From Phoronis australis (Eukaryota > Animalia > Phoronida), in the NCBI GenBank assembly GCA_002633005.1, contig NMRA01000935.1, positions 1 through 64,000 of the forward strand: DNA of 64,000 nt, given 5' to 3'. The position numbers were made by a program, and so were the translations under genes. Shown in pieces: positions 12,296 to 25,869 of the stretch. A model generated the notes under the pieces. That model saw only the letters and a program-made list of their open reading frames with translations, had not been told where the DNA came from and ran no database searches. Every line of letters starts with the position of its first letter. The first letter of the stretch is position 1.

Positions 12296-15200
12296 GGTGC
12301 AACTTTGGGATCACTAAGTGCAGTTTTGTGTAAAATGTAAGACGTTTTAATCAGCTTGTACTTAATTGATGCATTAGGAAGAGCGTTCAAATTCATGGTG
12401 GTTCAACCAATTGACGATCAAATTCTAGTGATAATACGTGTAATGACCCAAAATGCTCTACAGGACCGCAAGAGGGTCGACCAGTATAATTCCTTGAAGT
12501 GCTTCTCCTTCTGCGATTTTTGAGATTGCCTTTTAAATTTCGTGAACAGCTTGGTGCCATATAACAGCACCTACAACTTACATGGAATTTCGATCTGATC
12601 AACTGAACCGAATTTCTGGGAAAAAGGTCAGTAAGTGCAAAAGAAATTTTTGAGCTAGACTTTACATAATCATGTATATCATTTTCATTCGCGAAGGAAA
12701 TCCATTCACAAATTTTAGGGTCATTAGGTGCAACTGTGGGGTCATTAAGTGCAGTTTTCACTTGATATTCTAACTTTTCACTCTTGCTCTTTCATAGTTA
12801 CCAGGGACATCTCTCTCTTTCACACAAAAGATGCAACTTCTATGCAATGTAATGCGCCTGTACTCCATTCTGCATGTGCGTACACCACGCGCAGAGTTGT
12901 AAGTGCGCATACGCATTCTAGTTATTTTTCTCATTCTTCTTATTCTTCCTTCCTTTTCAGATTGTTATTACTCTTATATCGATTCAGTTACAACAATCAT
13001 ATTCGCTGTGGTTGACATGCTTATCAAGGGATTTCTATTGATAATATAGTTTTGACCCAAAATGCACATTATTGACCCAAACCGGGTCAAGGAGTACATG
13101 TACATTCCGTTAAAATGCTTCTTCTTCTAAGGGTGTTTAGATAGACTCTTCGAACTTTGCTAACAAGTAGGCACCAGAGATCTGCATCCGAAATTTACTT
13201 GGAATACCAATCGGATCAATGGAACCGAGTTTCCGGGTCAAAGGTCATTTAGTGCAAAACTGATTTTTGAGCTAGACCTTTCATAACCTTTCATATGATT
13301 AACATTCAAAAAGGAAGTTCAGTCACAAACTTTGGGGTCACTAGGTGCAATTTGCAGGTCACTTAAGTGCAGTTTGCTGTTAAATTTAAAACTTTTTCAA
13401 TCAGCTTGTACTTAAATTATGCATTAAGGAGAGCATTGATATTCATGGTTGTTTAACCAATTGCCAACCAAATTTTATTCAACACATTCGTTTGACTCAA
13501 AGTGCACTGCAATGACCCGAAACAGGTCAAGGAGTGCATTCCGTTAAATTACTTCTTCTACAGGTTTTTAGATAGACTCCCCGAACTTTGACAACAATCA
13601 GGCACTAGGGAATTGCACCCGAAAATAACTTGGAATTTAAATTAGATCAAGGGAACCGAGTTTCCGGGTCAAAGGTCAATAAGAGCAAAAGTGATTTTTG
13701 AGCCAGACATTTCATAACCATGCATGTGATAACAATTGATAAAGGAAGTTCACTCAAAACTTTTGGGGTCACTAGGTGCAACTTAGGGGTCATTAAGTGC
13801 AGTTTTCTGTTAATTTTAAGACTTCAATCAGCTGGTACTTAAATGATAATTTAGGCAGAGCGATCATATTCATGGTGGTTCAAACAATTGCCATTCAAAT
13901 TTTCGGACAGGTTTTTTAAATAGACTACCCGTATTTGATAACAAGCGCGTACTAGATAAGTGCATCCGAAATTTACGTGGAATTTAAATAGGATCAAGGG
14001 AACCGAGTTTCTGGGTCAAAAGTCATTAAGTGTAAAAGTGATTTTCGAGCTAGACCTTACATAATCACGTATATAATTCGTAAAGAAAATTCAGTCACAA
14101 ACTTTGGGGTCATTAAGTGCAATTGTGTGGTCATTAGGTGCAATTTTCCGTCGTGGAGAACACTGTCTCTCTTTCAAACGAAGGATGCAATTTCTATGCA
14201 ATATAATGCCCCTTTACTTCACTATGCACATGCATACACCGCGCGCAGAGTTGTAGGTGCGCATACGCAATTGCGTTCTAGTTCTTATTCTTATTCCCCT
14301 TCCTTCCTTTTCAGATTGTTATTACTCTTACATAGATTCATTGACAACAGTCATATTCATTGTGATTGATACGATGATCAACGGATTTCTCTTGAGAATC
14401 TTGTTTTGAGCCAAAATGCACCGGAATGACCCAAAACGGTTCAAGAAGTACATTCCGCTGAAATGCTTCTTCTTCTACACGTTTTTATATATACTGTTCC
14501 AATTTTGGTAGCAAGTAGGCACCAGAGATCTGCGTCCGAAATTTACTTGGAATTCCATAAAGCAGACCGAGTTTCCAGGTCAAAGGTCATTAAGTGCAAA
14601 ATTGATTTTTGAACTAGACCTTTCATAATCTTGCCTGTGTTTGCCCTTCATAAAGGAAGTTTAGTCACAAACATTGGGGTCACTAGGTGCAACTTTGGGG
14701 TCATTAAGTGCAGTTTTCTGTTGATATTCTAACTTTTCACTCTCGCTCTTTCATAGTTAGCAGGGTCATGTATTTTTTCACACATTGGATGCAAATTCTA
14801 TGCAATGTAATGCCCCTATACTTCACTGTGCACCACGCGCAGCGTTGTAAGTGCGCATACGCGATTGCATTCTAGCTCTTCTTATTCTTCTTTTTGTCCC
14901 TTCCTTTTCGGATTATTATTGCTCTTACGTGTACATCGATTCGTTGACAACAATCATATTCATTGTGGTTGATAAGATGATCAAGGGATTTTTATTAATT
15001 ATAATGTTTTGACCCAAAATGCACCTGAATGACCAGAAATAAATCAAGAAATGCATTTCGTAAAGATGCTTTTTCTACGGGTTTTTCAGATAGACACTTC
15101 AAATTTTGTCAACAACTACGGCCTAAGAAACTGCTTCAGAAATTTACATGGACTTCCATTCGGACTAAGGGAACCGAGTTTCAGGGTCAAAGGTCATTAA

Positions 15201-17770
15201 GTGCAAAAGTGATGTTTGAGCTAGACCTTTCATAAGAACGCATATGTTTTCAGTGTTGAATGAAGTTTAACCACAAACTTTTGTGTCATTAGGTGCAACT
15301 TTGGGATCATTAAGTGCAATTTTGTGCCAAATTTTAGACTTTTTTAATTAGCTAGTACTTACATTTCGTCTTAGAGAGAACGTTCATTTTCATGGTAGTC
15401 CGACCATTTGCCAGTCAAATTCTACTGCTCATATGAGTATGACCCAAAATGCACCGAAATGAACCAAAATGGGCCAAGGAGTGCATTTCGTCAAAATACT
15501 TCTTCTACAGGATTTTAGACAGAATCTTTGAATTTTGTTAGCAAATATGTACTAAAGAAGTGCATCCTGAATTCACTTGGAATTCGAATTGGATCTAGGG
15601 AACGAGTTTCCAGGTCAATTGTCATTAAGTGCAAAAGTCATTTTTGAGCTACATGTTTCATTATTACGCATGTGACTTAGATTTATAAAGGAAGTTCAGA
15701 CAGAAACTCTGGGGTCATTAGGTGCAGTTTTCTGTTAAATTTCAGACATTTTCAATCAGCTCCTTCTTACATGAAGCATACGGGAGAGCGTTCACACCAG
15801 GGAATCTCTCTTTTTCACACCAACAACGCAAATTCTAAACTCCGTTACACGGCTATAACTTCCCATGCACGTGCGTACAACACGCGCAGAGTTGTAAGTG
15901 CGCATACGCAATTGCGTTCTAGTTCTTATTTTTATTCTTCTTATTCTTCCTTCTCCAAATTGTTATTAGTCTTACACCGATTTGTTGGCAACAATTATAT
16001 TCATTGTGAATGATACCACGACGAAGGGTTTTTTATCAATTATAATGTTTTGACCCAAAAGCACCCGAATGACCCGAAACGGGTCATAGAGTGCATTCCA
16101 TCAGCATGCTTCTTCTTCTACGAGTTTTTAGATAGACTCTTCAAAGTTTGTCAACAAGTACACCCTTAAAAACTGCATCTGAAATTTACTTGGAATTCCA
16201 ATCGGATAAAGGGAACTGAGTTTCCGGGTCAAAGGTCATTAAGTGCAAAAGTGATTTTTGAGCTACACCTTTGAAAATCACGCATGTGATTACTATTGAT
16301 AAAGGAAGTTCAGTCGCAAATTTTGAGGTCACTGGGTGCAACTTTTGGGTCATTAACTGCAGTTTTGTGTTAAATTTAAGACTTTTTCAATCAGTTTGTA
16401 CTTAAATGATGCATAACGGAGAACGTTCAAATTCATGGTGGTTCAACAAATTGGCGATCAAATTCTATTGATCTCATGGATTTGAGTCAAAATGCACCTG
16501 ACTAACCCGAAATGGGTCATGGAGTTCATTCCGTCAAATTGTTTCTCCTTCTACAGGTTTTTAGATAGACTCTACAAATTATATTAACAAGTAACCACTA
16601 GAAAACAAGGAGTGCATTCCATTAAATTGCTTCTTCTTGGACAGTATTTTAGATAGACTCTCCGAATTTTGATAACAAGCAGGCACTAGAGAAATGCATC
16701 CGAAATTTACGTGGAATTTAAATCGGATAAAAGGAACCGAGTTTCCGGGTCCAAGGTTATTAAGTGCAAAAGTGATTTTTGAGCTAGACCTTACATAATC
16801 ACGCATAAAGTTTTCATTCGTAAAGAAGATTCGGTCACAAACTTTGGGGTCATGATTTGCAACTGTGTGGTCATACGTCCAGTTTTCCGTTGACATTCTT
16901 ACTCTTTACTCTGCGCGTGCAAGCGTAGAGTACTGTTGTTCCTGTGTTACTCTTTCTCTTTCACTAAGGAAGTGCATCCGATATTTACTTGGATTTCCAA
17001 TCGGATAAAGGGAACTGAGTTTCCGGGACAAAGGTCATTCAGTGCAAAATTGATTTTTGAGCTAGACCTTTAAAAATCATGCATATGATTACCATTCATA
17101 AAGGAAGTACAGTCACACACTTTGAGGTCACTAGGTGCAAATTTGGGGTCGTTAAGTTTAGTTTTCTGTTAAATTTAAGACTTTATCAATCAGCTTGTAC
17201 TTAGTTAATAAATTAGGAAGAGCGCTCAAATTGGTGGTGGTTCAACCATTTGCCAATCAAAATCTATTGTTCACATGGGTTTGGTTCAAAATGCACCGGA
17301 TTGACCTGAAATGGGTCAGAGAGTGCATTCTGTCAAATTTCATCTCCTTCTACAGGTTTTTATATAGACTCTTCAAATTTTATTAACAAGTAGGCACTAG
17401 AGATCTGCATCCGTAATTTCCTTGGGAACCGAGTTTTCTGATCAAAGGTCATTAAGTGCAAAAGTGACTTTTGAGCTAGACCTTACATAATCACGTACAT
17501 ACTCTTCAAACGTAAAGGAAATTCAGTCACAAACTTTGGGGACATTAGGTGCAGCAGTGGGGACATTAGGTGCAACAGTGGGGTCATTAGTTGCAAGTTT
17601 TCGTTGATTTTCTTACTTTGGATTCTTGCTCTGTCATAGTTACCAGGGACATCTTTCTCTTTCTCACAAAGGATGCAACTTCTATGCAATGTAATGCTCC
17701 TATACTTCAATGTGCACGTGCATACACCATGCGCAGAGTTGTAAGTGTGCATACTCAATTGCATTATAAT

Positions 17771-18600
17771 TTACTGTTGTTCCTGGGTTTTCTTCAATTT
17801 TATTATTACGCTGCGATTATAAGCGCAGAGTACTGTTGTTCCTGGGTTTTCTTCAATTTTATTATTACTCTGCGCCTGCAAACGCAGAGTACTGTTGTTC
17901 CTGGGTTTTCTTCAATTTTATTACTCTGCGCGTGCAAGCGCAGAGTACTGTTGTTCCTGGTTTTTCTTCAATTTTATTATTACTCTTCGCCTGTAAGCGC
18001 AGAGTACTGTTGTTCCTGGGTTTTCTTCAATTTTAGTATTACTCTGCGCCTGTAAACGCAGAGTACTGTTGTTCCGGGGTTTTCTTCTCTGCGCGTGCAA
18101 GCGCTGAGTACTGTTGTTCCTGGGTTGTCTTCAATTTTATTCTTATTCTTATTCTTCTTCCGACCAATTTTGGCACTTAATAATTTTAAAATGGTTGCAG
18201 GTATGTTCTTCAATTTAACATGTGAGTTTAGGCAGTACATAACAATCCCAGTAATACGCACGCGCAGAGTCACGCCGTGACAATAATCTTTCTAGTTCTT
18301 ATTCTTATTACTCTGTGCGTGTAAGCGCAGAGTACTGTTGTTCCTGGGTTTTCTTCAATTTTATTCTTATTCTTATTACTCTGCACGTGTAAGCGCAGAG
18401 TATTGTTGTTCCTGGGTTTTCTTCAATTTTATTACTCTGCGCGTGTAAGCGCAGAGTACTGTTGTTCCTGGGTTTTCTTCAATTTTATTCTTATTACTCT
18501 GCGCGTGTAAGCGCAGAGTACTGTTGTTCCTGGGTTTTCTTCAATTTTATTACTCTGCGCGTGTAAGCGCAGAGTACTGTTGTTCCTGGGTTTTCTTCAA
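17771..18600 (+). repeat. Minisatellite (~55-65 bp unit, ~7 + 5 copies) derived from the HINE 5' hairpin cassette
   Basis: Unit TTATTACTCTGCGCGTGTAAGCGCAGAGTACTGTTGTTCCTGGGTTTTCTTCAATT repeated at 17771-18135 and 18305-18600. Confidence 0.92.
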
Positions 18601-21600
18601 GTTTATTCTTCTTATTCTTATTCTTCTTATTCTTCTTATTCTTATTCTTCTTCCGACCAACTTTGAGGCTTAATAACTCCAAAATGGGTGCAGGTATGGT
18701 CTTTAAACAGTACACACCATGGATTTTTGCACATTTTGAATTACCGGTGGCCACAGACTAAATGTATGACGTAAAATTTAGGTAAACCCATGTTTATTTT
18801 GTGTAATTAGCTCAAAATTTTGATTTTTCTTTCAATTTTGCCAATTTTCACATTTCCCGCCATGTGACGTCATGGGTTGAACACAAGAGATCAGTGACTA
18901 TCATTGAACAATGGCGGAGACCAGGGAATTTGAAAGTGACGACGATTATGAGCAAGAATTGAACGAATACTATGAAGAAACGTATGGAAATGGTGGCCAG
19001 GATGAGGAAATGGGGTTGCACGAAANTTTTAAAGAATTCCTTTTCTGAAAATTAGACCTTTTCAATCAGCAAGTATTCTGATGTGTCAACTGTTAGACAA
19101 CTGTGATTCTCATCGTTAAACACATTTTCCATGGGCTTTGCAATAATTCTCCTAAAGATGCTTAAAATGCACCGGATAAGGTCAATTAGTGCAAAGGTCA
19201 TGTAACATTCAAAATGTTATATGTCTTACGTTCTTCAAGGAATTCTTTTCAATTTCAGCACACTAGTGTAAGTCAACATGCCAATTGAATACCCTTCTTT
19301 ACTTCGCATTAGGCCTAACCAACCAGAAAAAAATAGGTCAAAGGTAATTGAGAGCAAACTAAAATTTTGAGCTAGAGACTTCATAATTACATAATTATCT
19401 ATTTACTAAGTGCGATTGAGTTTGAATTCTAAATTTTCGGGTCATTTGGTGCACCCATGGGGTCATTAGATGCATTTTTCTTCTGAAAGTTTGACCACTT
19501 CATTCATCTTGTATTCTGAAGTGCTTAAAGTAAAACATCTGTGACTATTAGCATTAACCACACTTTTAATCTAGTTAACAATTACTCCCTCATCGGGGCC
19601 CATAATGCACCGGAAGAGGTCAATTATTGGAAAGATCATCAAAAAATTAGTATGTAATTTCTCCTACAATTTTAAAGAATTCCTTTTCATATTGGTAAAC
19701 GGGTTGCTGTCAGTAACTTCCCATAATAATTCCAGTAATACGCACGCGCAGAGTCCGTTATTGTCACGCCGTGACAATAATCTTTCTAGTTCGTATTCGT
19801 ACTCTTCTTATTCTTCTTCCGACCAAATTTGAGGCTTAATAACTCCAAATTGGGTGCAGGTACGGTCTTTAAATTCAGCATATGACATTTGACGGTATAT
19901 AAATTTTGATTGGTTAGATAATCATATTCCATATTGCACCGGAAGAGGTCGTTTGGTGCAAAGGTCATATAATTTTCAAAATGCTACTCCTCCTTCAGTT
20001 TTAAAGCTATCTTTTTCAAATTTGGTGCACTGGTATAAGTCAGCATGACAATTTAAAAAATTACTTTTCTAAGTAATCGGTTATCCAATCAGGTGAAACA
20101 GGTCAAAGGTAATTAGGTGCAAACTAAAAGATTGAGCTAGACACTTCAAATTGACAGGTCTGATTGCCACAGGTAAATCAAATCGGAATCCAAAGTTTCA
20201 GGTCATTTATTGCAAACATGGGGTCATTAGGTGCATTTTTCTTCTGAAAATTTGACCTTTTCAATCAGCAAGTATTCTGATGTGTCGACCTTTAGACAAT
20301 TGTGATTCTCAGCATTAAACACATTTTCCATGGGCTTTGCAATAATTTTCCTCAAGATGCTTAAAATGCATGGGATGAAGTCAATTAGTGCAAAGGTCAT
20401 GTAACGTTCAAGGAATTCTTTTCAATTTCAGCACACTAGTGTAAGTCAACATGCCAATTGAACAACCTACTTAACTACGCATCAGGCCTAACCAATCAGA
20501 AAAAATAGGTCAAAGGTAATTGAGTGCAAAATTAATATTTTGAGCTAGAGACTTCAAAATTATATATCTGTTTACTAAACGCGATTGAGTTTGAATTTTA
20601 AATTTTTGGGTCATTTGGTGCACCCATGGGGTCACTAGGTGCATTTTTCTTTTGAAAGTTTGACCAATTCATTCATGTTGTATTCTTAACTGCTTAAAGT
20701 CAAACATCTGTGATTCTTAGAATTAATCAAACTTTAAATTGGTTTTACAATTATTCCCTCATCGGGTTTCATAATGCACCGGAAGAGGTCAGTTAGTGGA
20801 AAGGTCATCAAAATATTAACATGTAATTTCTCGTACAATTTTAAAGAATTTCTTTTCATATTGGTAAACGAGTTGCTGTCAGTAACTTCCCAAAACAATT
20901 CCAGTAATACGCACCCGCAGAGTCCGTTATTGTCACGCCGTGACAATAATCTTTCGAGTTCTTCTTATTCTTCTTCCGACCAACTTCGAGGCTTAATAAC
21001 TCCAAAATGGGTGCAGGTATGTTCTTTAAATTCTGCCTGTGATTTTTGGCTGTATATACATTTTGATTCGTGTATAGAATCATATTCCATATCGCACCGG
21101 AGGATGTCGTTTGGTGCAAATTGTCAAAATGCTACTCCTCCTTCAGTTTTAAAGCTATCTTTTTCAAATTCGGTGCACAGGTATAAGTCAACAAGACAAT
21201 TTAAAAACTTACTTTTCTAAGTAATCGTATCATCCAATCAAGTAAAAAAGGTCAAAGATCATTACGTGAAAATTAAATTATGAGCTAGACACTTCAAATT
21301 CACAAGCTTGATTGGCACGTCTAATTAAATTCGAAACACAAATTTTCAGGTCATTCAGTGCAACCATAGGCTCATTAGGTGCAGTTTTCTTCAGAAAAAT
21401 TGTCATTTTCATTCACCAAGTGTTCCGATGTGTCAACCGTTAGACAACTGTTATTCTCAGCATTCAACACACTTTTCATGGGCTTTGCAATAATTCTCCT
21501 TAAGACGCTTATAATGCACCGCATATGGTCAATTAGTGCAAAGGTTATCTAACGTTAAAACTGTTATATCTCTTACATTTTTCAAGGAAATCTTTTCAAT

Positions 21601-23736
21601 TTCAGCACACGGGTGTAAGTCAACATGCCAATTGAACACCCTACTTTACTAAGCAATATGCCTATCCAATCAGAAAAAATAGGTCGGACATTGAGTGGAA
21701 ACTAAAATTTTGAGCTTGAGACTTCAAAATTACATGACTATTTAGTGAATGCAATAGAGTTTCAATTCTAAAGCTTCGGGTCATTTGGTGCATCCAACGG
21801 GTCATTAGGTGCATTTTATTTTGAAAGTTTGACCAATTTAATTATCTTGTATTCTGAAGTGCTTAAAGTAAAATATCTGTGATTCTTAGCATTAGCCACA
21901 CTTTTAATCGAGTTAACAATTATTCCCTCATCGGGGGCTCATTATGCACCGGACGAGGTCATTTAGTAGAAATATCAAAATATTAACATGTAATTTTTCC
22001 TATAACTTTAAAGAATTCCTTTTTATATTTGTAAACGGGTTGCTGTCAGTAACTTCCCATAACAATTCCAGTAATACGCACGCGCAGAGTCCATTATTGT
22101 CACGCCGTGACAATAATCTTTCTAGTTCATCTTATTGTTCTTCCAAACAACTTGGAGGCTTAATAACTCCAAATTCGTTGCAGGCACGTTCTTTAAATTC
22201 AGCATATGATATTTGACAAGACATAAAGTTTGATTCGTTTTATAATCATATTCCATATTGCACCGGAAGAGGTCGTTTGGTGCAAAGGTCATATACTTTT
22301 CAAAATGCTACTCTTTCTTCAGGTATAAAGCTATCTTTTTCAAATTCGGTGCACAGGTATAAGTCCACAAGACAAATTAAAAAACTACTTTTCTAAGTAA
22401 TCGAATCATCCAATCAGATAAAACAGGTCAAAGGTCATTAGGTGCTAACTAAAATTTTGAGCTAGACACTTCAAATATACAAGGCTAATTGGTACATCTA
22501 ATTCATATCGAAATACAAAGGTACCGGTCATTTAGTGCAACCATGGTATCATTATGTGTATTTTTCTTCTGAAAATTTGTCCTCTTCATTCACCAAGTAT
22601 TCTGATGTGTCAACCGTTAGACAAATGTGATTCTCGGCATTAAATATACTTTTCACCTAATTTGAAATAGTTCTACTAAGATTGCTTGTAATGCACTGGA
22701 TAGGGTCAATTAGTGAAAAGGTCATCTACTTTTGAATATTACTTTTCCTACATTTTTCAAGGAATTCTCTTCAATTCCAGCTCATTGGTGCAAACCTACA
22801 TGCCAAAGAGCTTACCCTTCTTTACTAACCAATAGGGCCATCCAATCAAAGAAATAGGTCAAAGGTCATTGAGTGCAAACCAAAATTTTGAGCTAGACAT
22901 TTCAAATTCAAAAGTCTGATTGGTACGTCTAATTCAATTCGAGATACAAAGTTTCATGTTATTTAGTGCAACCATGAGGTCATTAGGTGCATTTTTCTTC
23001 TGAAATTGTGTCCTTTTAATTCACCAAGCTTTCTGATTTGTCAACCGTTAGACAACTGTGGTCCTCAGCATTAAACACACTTTTCACGCGCTTTGCAATT
23101 ATTCTCTTAAAGACGCATATAATGCACAGGATAGGGTAACTTAGTTCAAAGTTCATCTAACGTTCAAAATGTTATGTCTCATAAATTTTTCAAGGAATTC
23201 TTTTCAAGTTCAGCGCACTGGTGTAAATCAACATGCCAATCGAACGCTCTACATTACTACGCAATAGACCTCACCAGTCAAAAAAGGTCATTGAGTGCAA
23301 ACTAAAATTTTGAGCTAGAGACTTCAAAAGAGCATACATGTATCTGTTGAGTAAATGCGATTGAGTTTGAATACTAAATTATCAGGTCATTTGGTGCACC
23401 CATGGAGTCATTAGGTGCATTTTTCTTTTGAAAGTTTGACCAATTCATTCATGCTGTATTCTGAAGTGCTTAAAGTAAAACATTTGGGATTCTTAGCATG
23501 AACCACACTTTTAGTCGAGTTTACAATTATTCCCTCACCGGGGCTCATAATGCACCGAAAGAGGTCAGTTAGTGTAAAGTTCATCAAAATATTAACATGT
23601 AATTTCTCCTACAATTTTAAAGAATTTCTTTTCATATTGGTAAACGGGTTGTTGTCAGTAACTTCCCATAACAATTCCAGAAATAAGCACCCGCAGAGTC
23701 CATTATTGTCACGCCGTGACAATAATCTTTCTAGTT
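18601..23736 (+). mobile_element. Tandem array of Helentron/HINE-like elements, subfamily B (~1.17 kb unit)
   Basis: Each unit ends ACGCAC(G/C)CGCAGAGTCC + perfect hairpin TTATTGTCAC-GCC-GTGACAATAA + TCTTTC(T/G)AG, at 19786, 20955, 22122, 23731 (periods 1169, 1167, 1609). Confidence 0.75.
18708..19025 (+). mobile_element. Unrelated insertion in the array with an acidic ORF start (MAETREFESDDDYEQELNEYYEE...), cut at an N
   Basis: Array homology breaks abruptly after CTTTAAA; ATG at 18911; ambiguous base at 19026, where the array resumes. Probably the left end of a DNA transposon. Confidence 0.45.
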
Positions 23737-23794
23737 TACTTTTATTATTAACAGTTACAGCCCGCTGAACGTCAGGTCCAGCCCCAACATATTC

Positions 23795-25710
23795 GGGAAA
23801 GATGTAAATCGACAACATCAAAATTGTTGCAACAACTGGTGCTACTAAGTACAATGACAACTATGTTAGTAATAATTTTGAATTTGCTTCTGATTCAGAG
23901 CGCTTTACGTGGCATCGATCCGTACTCGGCCAAATTCGGCCGAGTGCCGCTGCTTGTGTAGATGACAGGATCGTGCATGCGATTAGAGGAAGCTTTATGT
24001 TATTCATAAACTACGCGCGTGGTGGCTACAACAAAGGGCAACCAGGGATTCTAGAAAAGCTTAGCCCTACGACGTAAGAAAGCTACATGTATGTAGCAGC
24101 GAGAGAGCTTCCAAAGTTAGTGTGGCATGAATGCCTTAAACTCGACCAAGAAACCAAACAACAGAAAACTGAGATTTGTTATTCTGCCATTTTAGTACGG
24201 TAGAAGTGAAGACGTTTTCAAATATTGAATTGAAAGTGATCGTCAAATATGCAAGTACATGTATGTTGTTCATCCAGTGTCCACTTTGATTGCGGATTGG
24301 TGGATTGACATCCATGCGTGTACAAGTGTGAGCGTTTCTGTTCTTTTAAATTCAGTGAGTTCATTACAGGCAGTCTTCTGTCGTGCTCAAAATCCTGACA
24401 TTCAGCTACCGTGTTTTCTTGCATTGAGAATACCCCCATCGAGCATATTCAGGTTATGATGGAAAAATAGGTCTAGACCTCAACTTCAATCAATGAAAGT
24501 CTTCTTTAGTCAATCAATATTAATGGTGCACAACCCTGCAGACTTCATACGAGCTACAAACTTGATGGAAAATTTTGCCAAGGTTCCATGTCAGTATGAC
24601 GAAAGTTCAGTACTCCGAAGGTCCAGTACTCCGAATGTCCACTACTCTGAAGGTTGGTTACCTTCTACAATTCACAACTTTAAATTTCCACTGTCCCAAA
24701 ACTCCCGACAGTTCACTACTCACAACTCATATTCTCAAGCAGAGACAACATCTGGGACACGCGTCAAGGCTGCAGAGACCAACGGCGGTTTCAAATTTAA
24801 GAAGACTGAATGGGACTCCCTAACTTCGTGAGAACTGTCAGGGACAGCGTGGTCTACTAACTACATTTAGTTTCGGCCGTGTGCTTCTTGCTGCGATGAG
24901 ACCTTGACATAGATTTGATGAATCTGTCATGGTTGATAATTCATCAGTATTCTATTTCATAGCACTTTAATATGCAAGTGCGTAGTCATTTTAAGACATA
25001 CGGGCAATTTCTCATGCACAGTGAAATCTGACAACCGTTTCCTAAGTTGTGCTTGTCAGCTGGAGACGGTGGTCATTATCTACATGAAATTCAAACAAAG
25101 TGTTTCAGTGCCCGGGCGTGCGTTGTTTTCGGTATAGGTGCATCTAATAACGAAAACATCGTTTATTTTACATGTAAAAGGTTTTTAAAAAATCACACCT
25201 GAGTTTGAAAGCTTGGATATTATTGGAGCAGTGAATTTCCGGAATAGTGAATCTTTGAAGTAGTGAACCTTCGAAATAGTGGACTGTTCCCATTTCCAGC
25301 GATGTAAGCATCTTTTAGTAACACGCTAAAATATAACCCGAAAAACAATTTTGTCAATGAAGTCATTCGCCGACTAAATTTTATATTTCCGTCTGAGTAT
25401 GCAGTGAGGTGTAATCACGCATTTAAGCGTGGCTGATCTTTGGCAGCAGATAACGCGAAAACGTTTTCTTTCTGGAACACATTACATCCGAATTTGTGTC
25501 CCGTTCTTTACGAGCAACTGTCTCAGCATCCTCTTTCTGATATTACAAATTCCGTCTCATCTCATGAACATAGACCTGGGAGTCGTCGTTCATACAAGTT
25601 TACTTTCCCCCTAATTGAGCTGCGTCAAAGGCCCTGACGAAAACTCTACAGTGTCGGCGTTTACAAAATATCAAAGGTCCACCGTTCCTAAAATTCGAAC
25701 CACCTCCACT
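23795..25710 (+). repeat. Dispersed repeat family C, longest copy
   Basis: Homologous to 57310-57710, 63020-63945 and (3' part) 40490-41220; contains TACTCCGAA motif repeats. Confidence 0.8.
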
Positions 25711-25869
25711 TACTTCTGGCTGCGGGCCTGAATAGGAGATATACACTGTATGTATTTGAGTTGAGAGAGAGAGAGGCGTCCAATAAAAAGTCGCCCCTGC
25801 ATCGACCAAACATCTGCATGCTACTGCCCCACGGCTGAGAATGTCTGTAAAGGACCTTTTGTTAGATGC

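Larger units (their letters stand above)
5905..17770 (+). mobile_element. Tandem array of Helentron/HINE-like elements, subfamily A (interrupted by other DNA at ~6825-12295)
   Basis: 5' hairpin ACTCTGCGC-GTGTAA-GCGCAGAG, (TTCTTA)n microsatellite, ~430 bp internal repeats (GGTCAAAGGTCATTAAGTGCAAAA, GAGCTAGACC); 3' ACGCGCAGAGT + imperfect hairpin + CTAG at 12918, 14278, 14872, 15919. Confidence 0.7.

Noticed and set aside
17591-18754. Repetitive ORFs (AEYCCSWVFFNF, RRVLLFLGFLQF) and CRISPR-like periodicity
   Set aside because: Translations of the ~57 bp minisatellite; no unique spacers, no cas genes, eukaryotic context.
19605-23768. Four similar MHRKRS... ORFs that look like a gene family
   Set aside because: They are the 3' ends of HINE-B units, running through the terminal hairpin and microsatellite.
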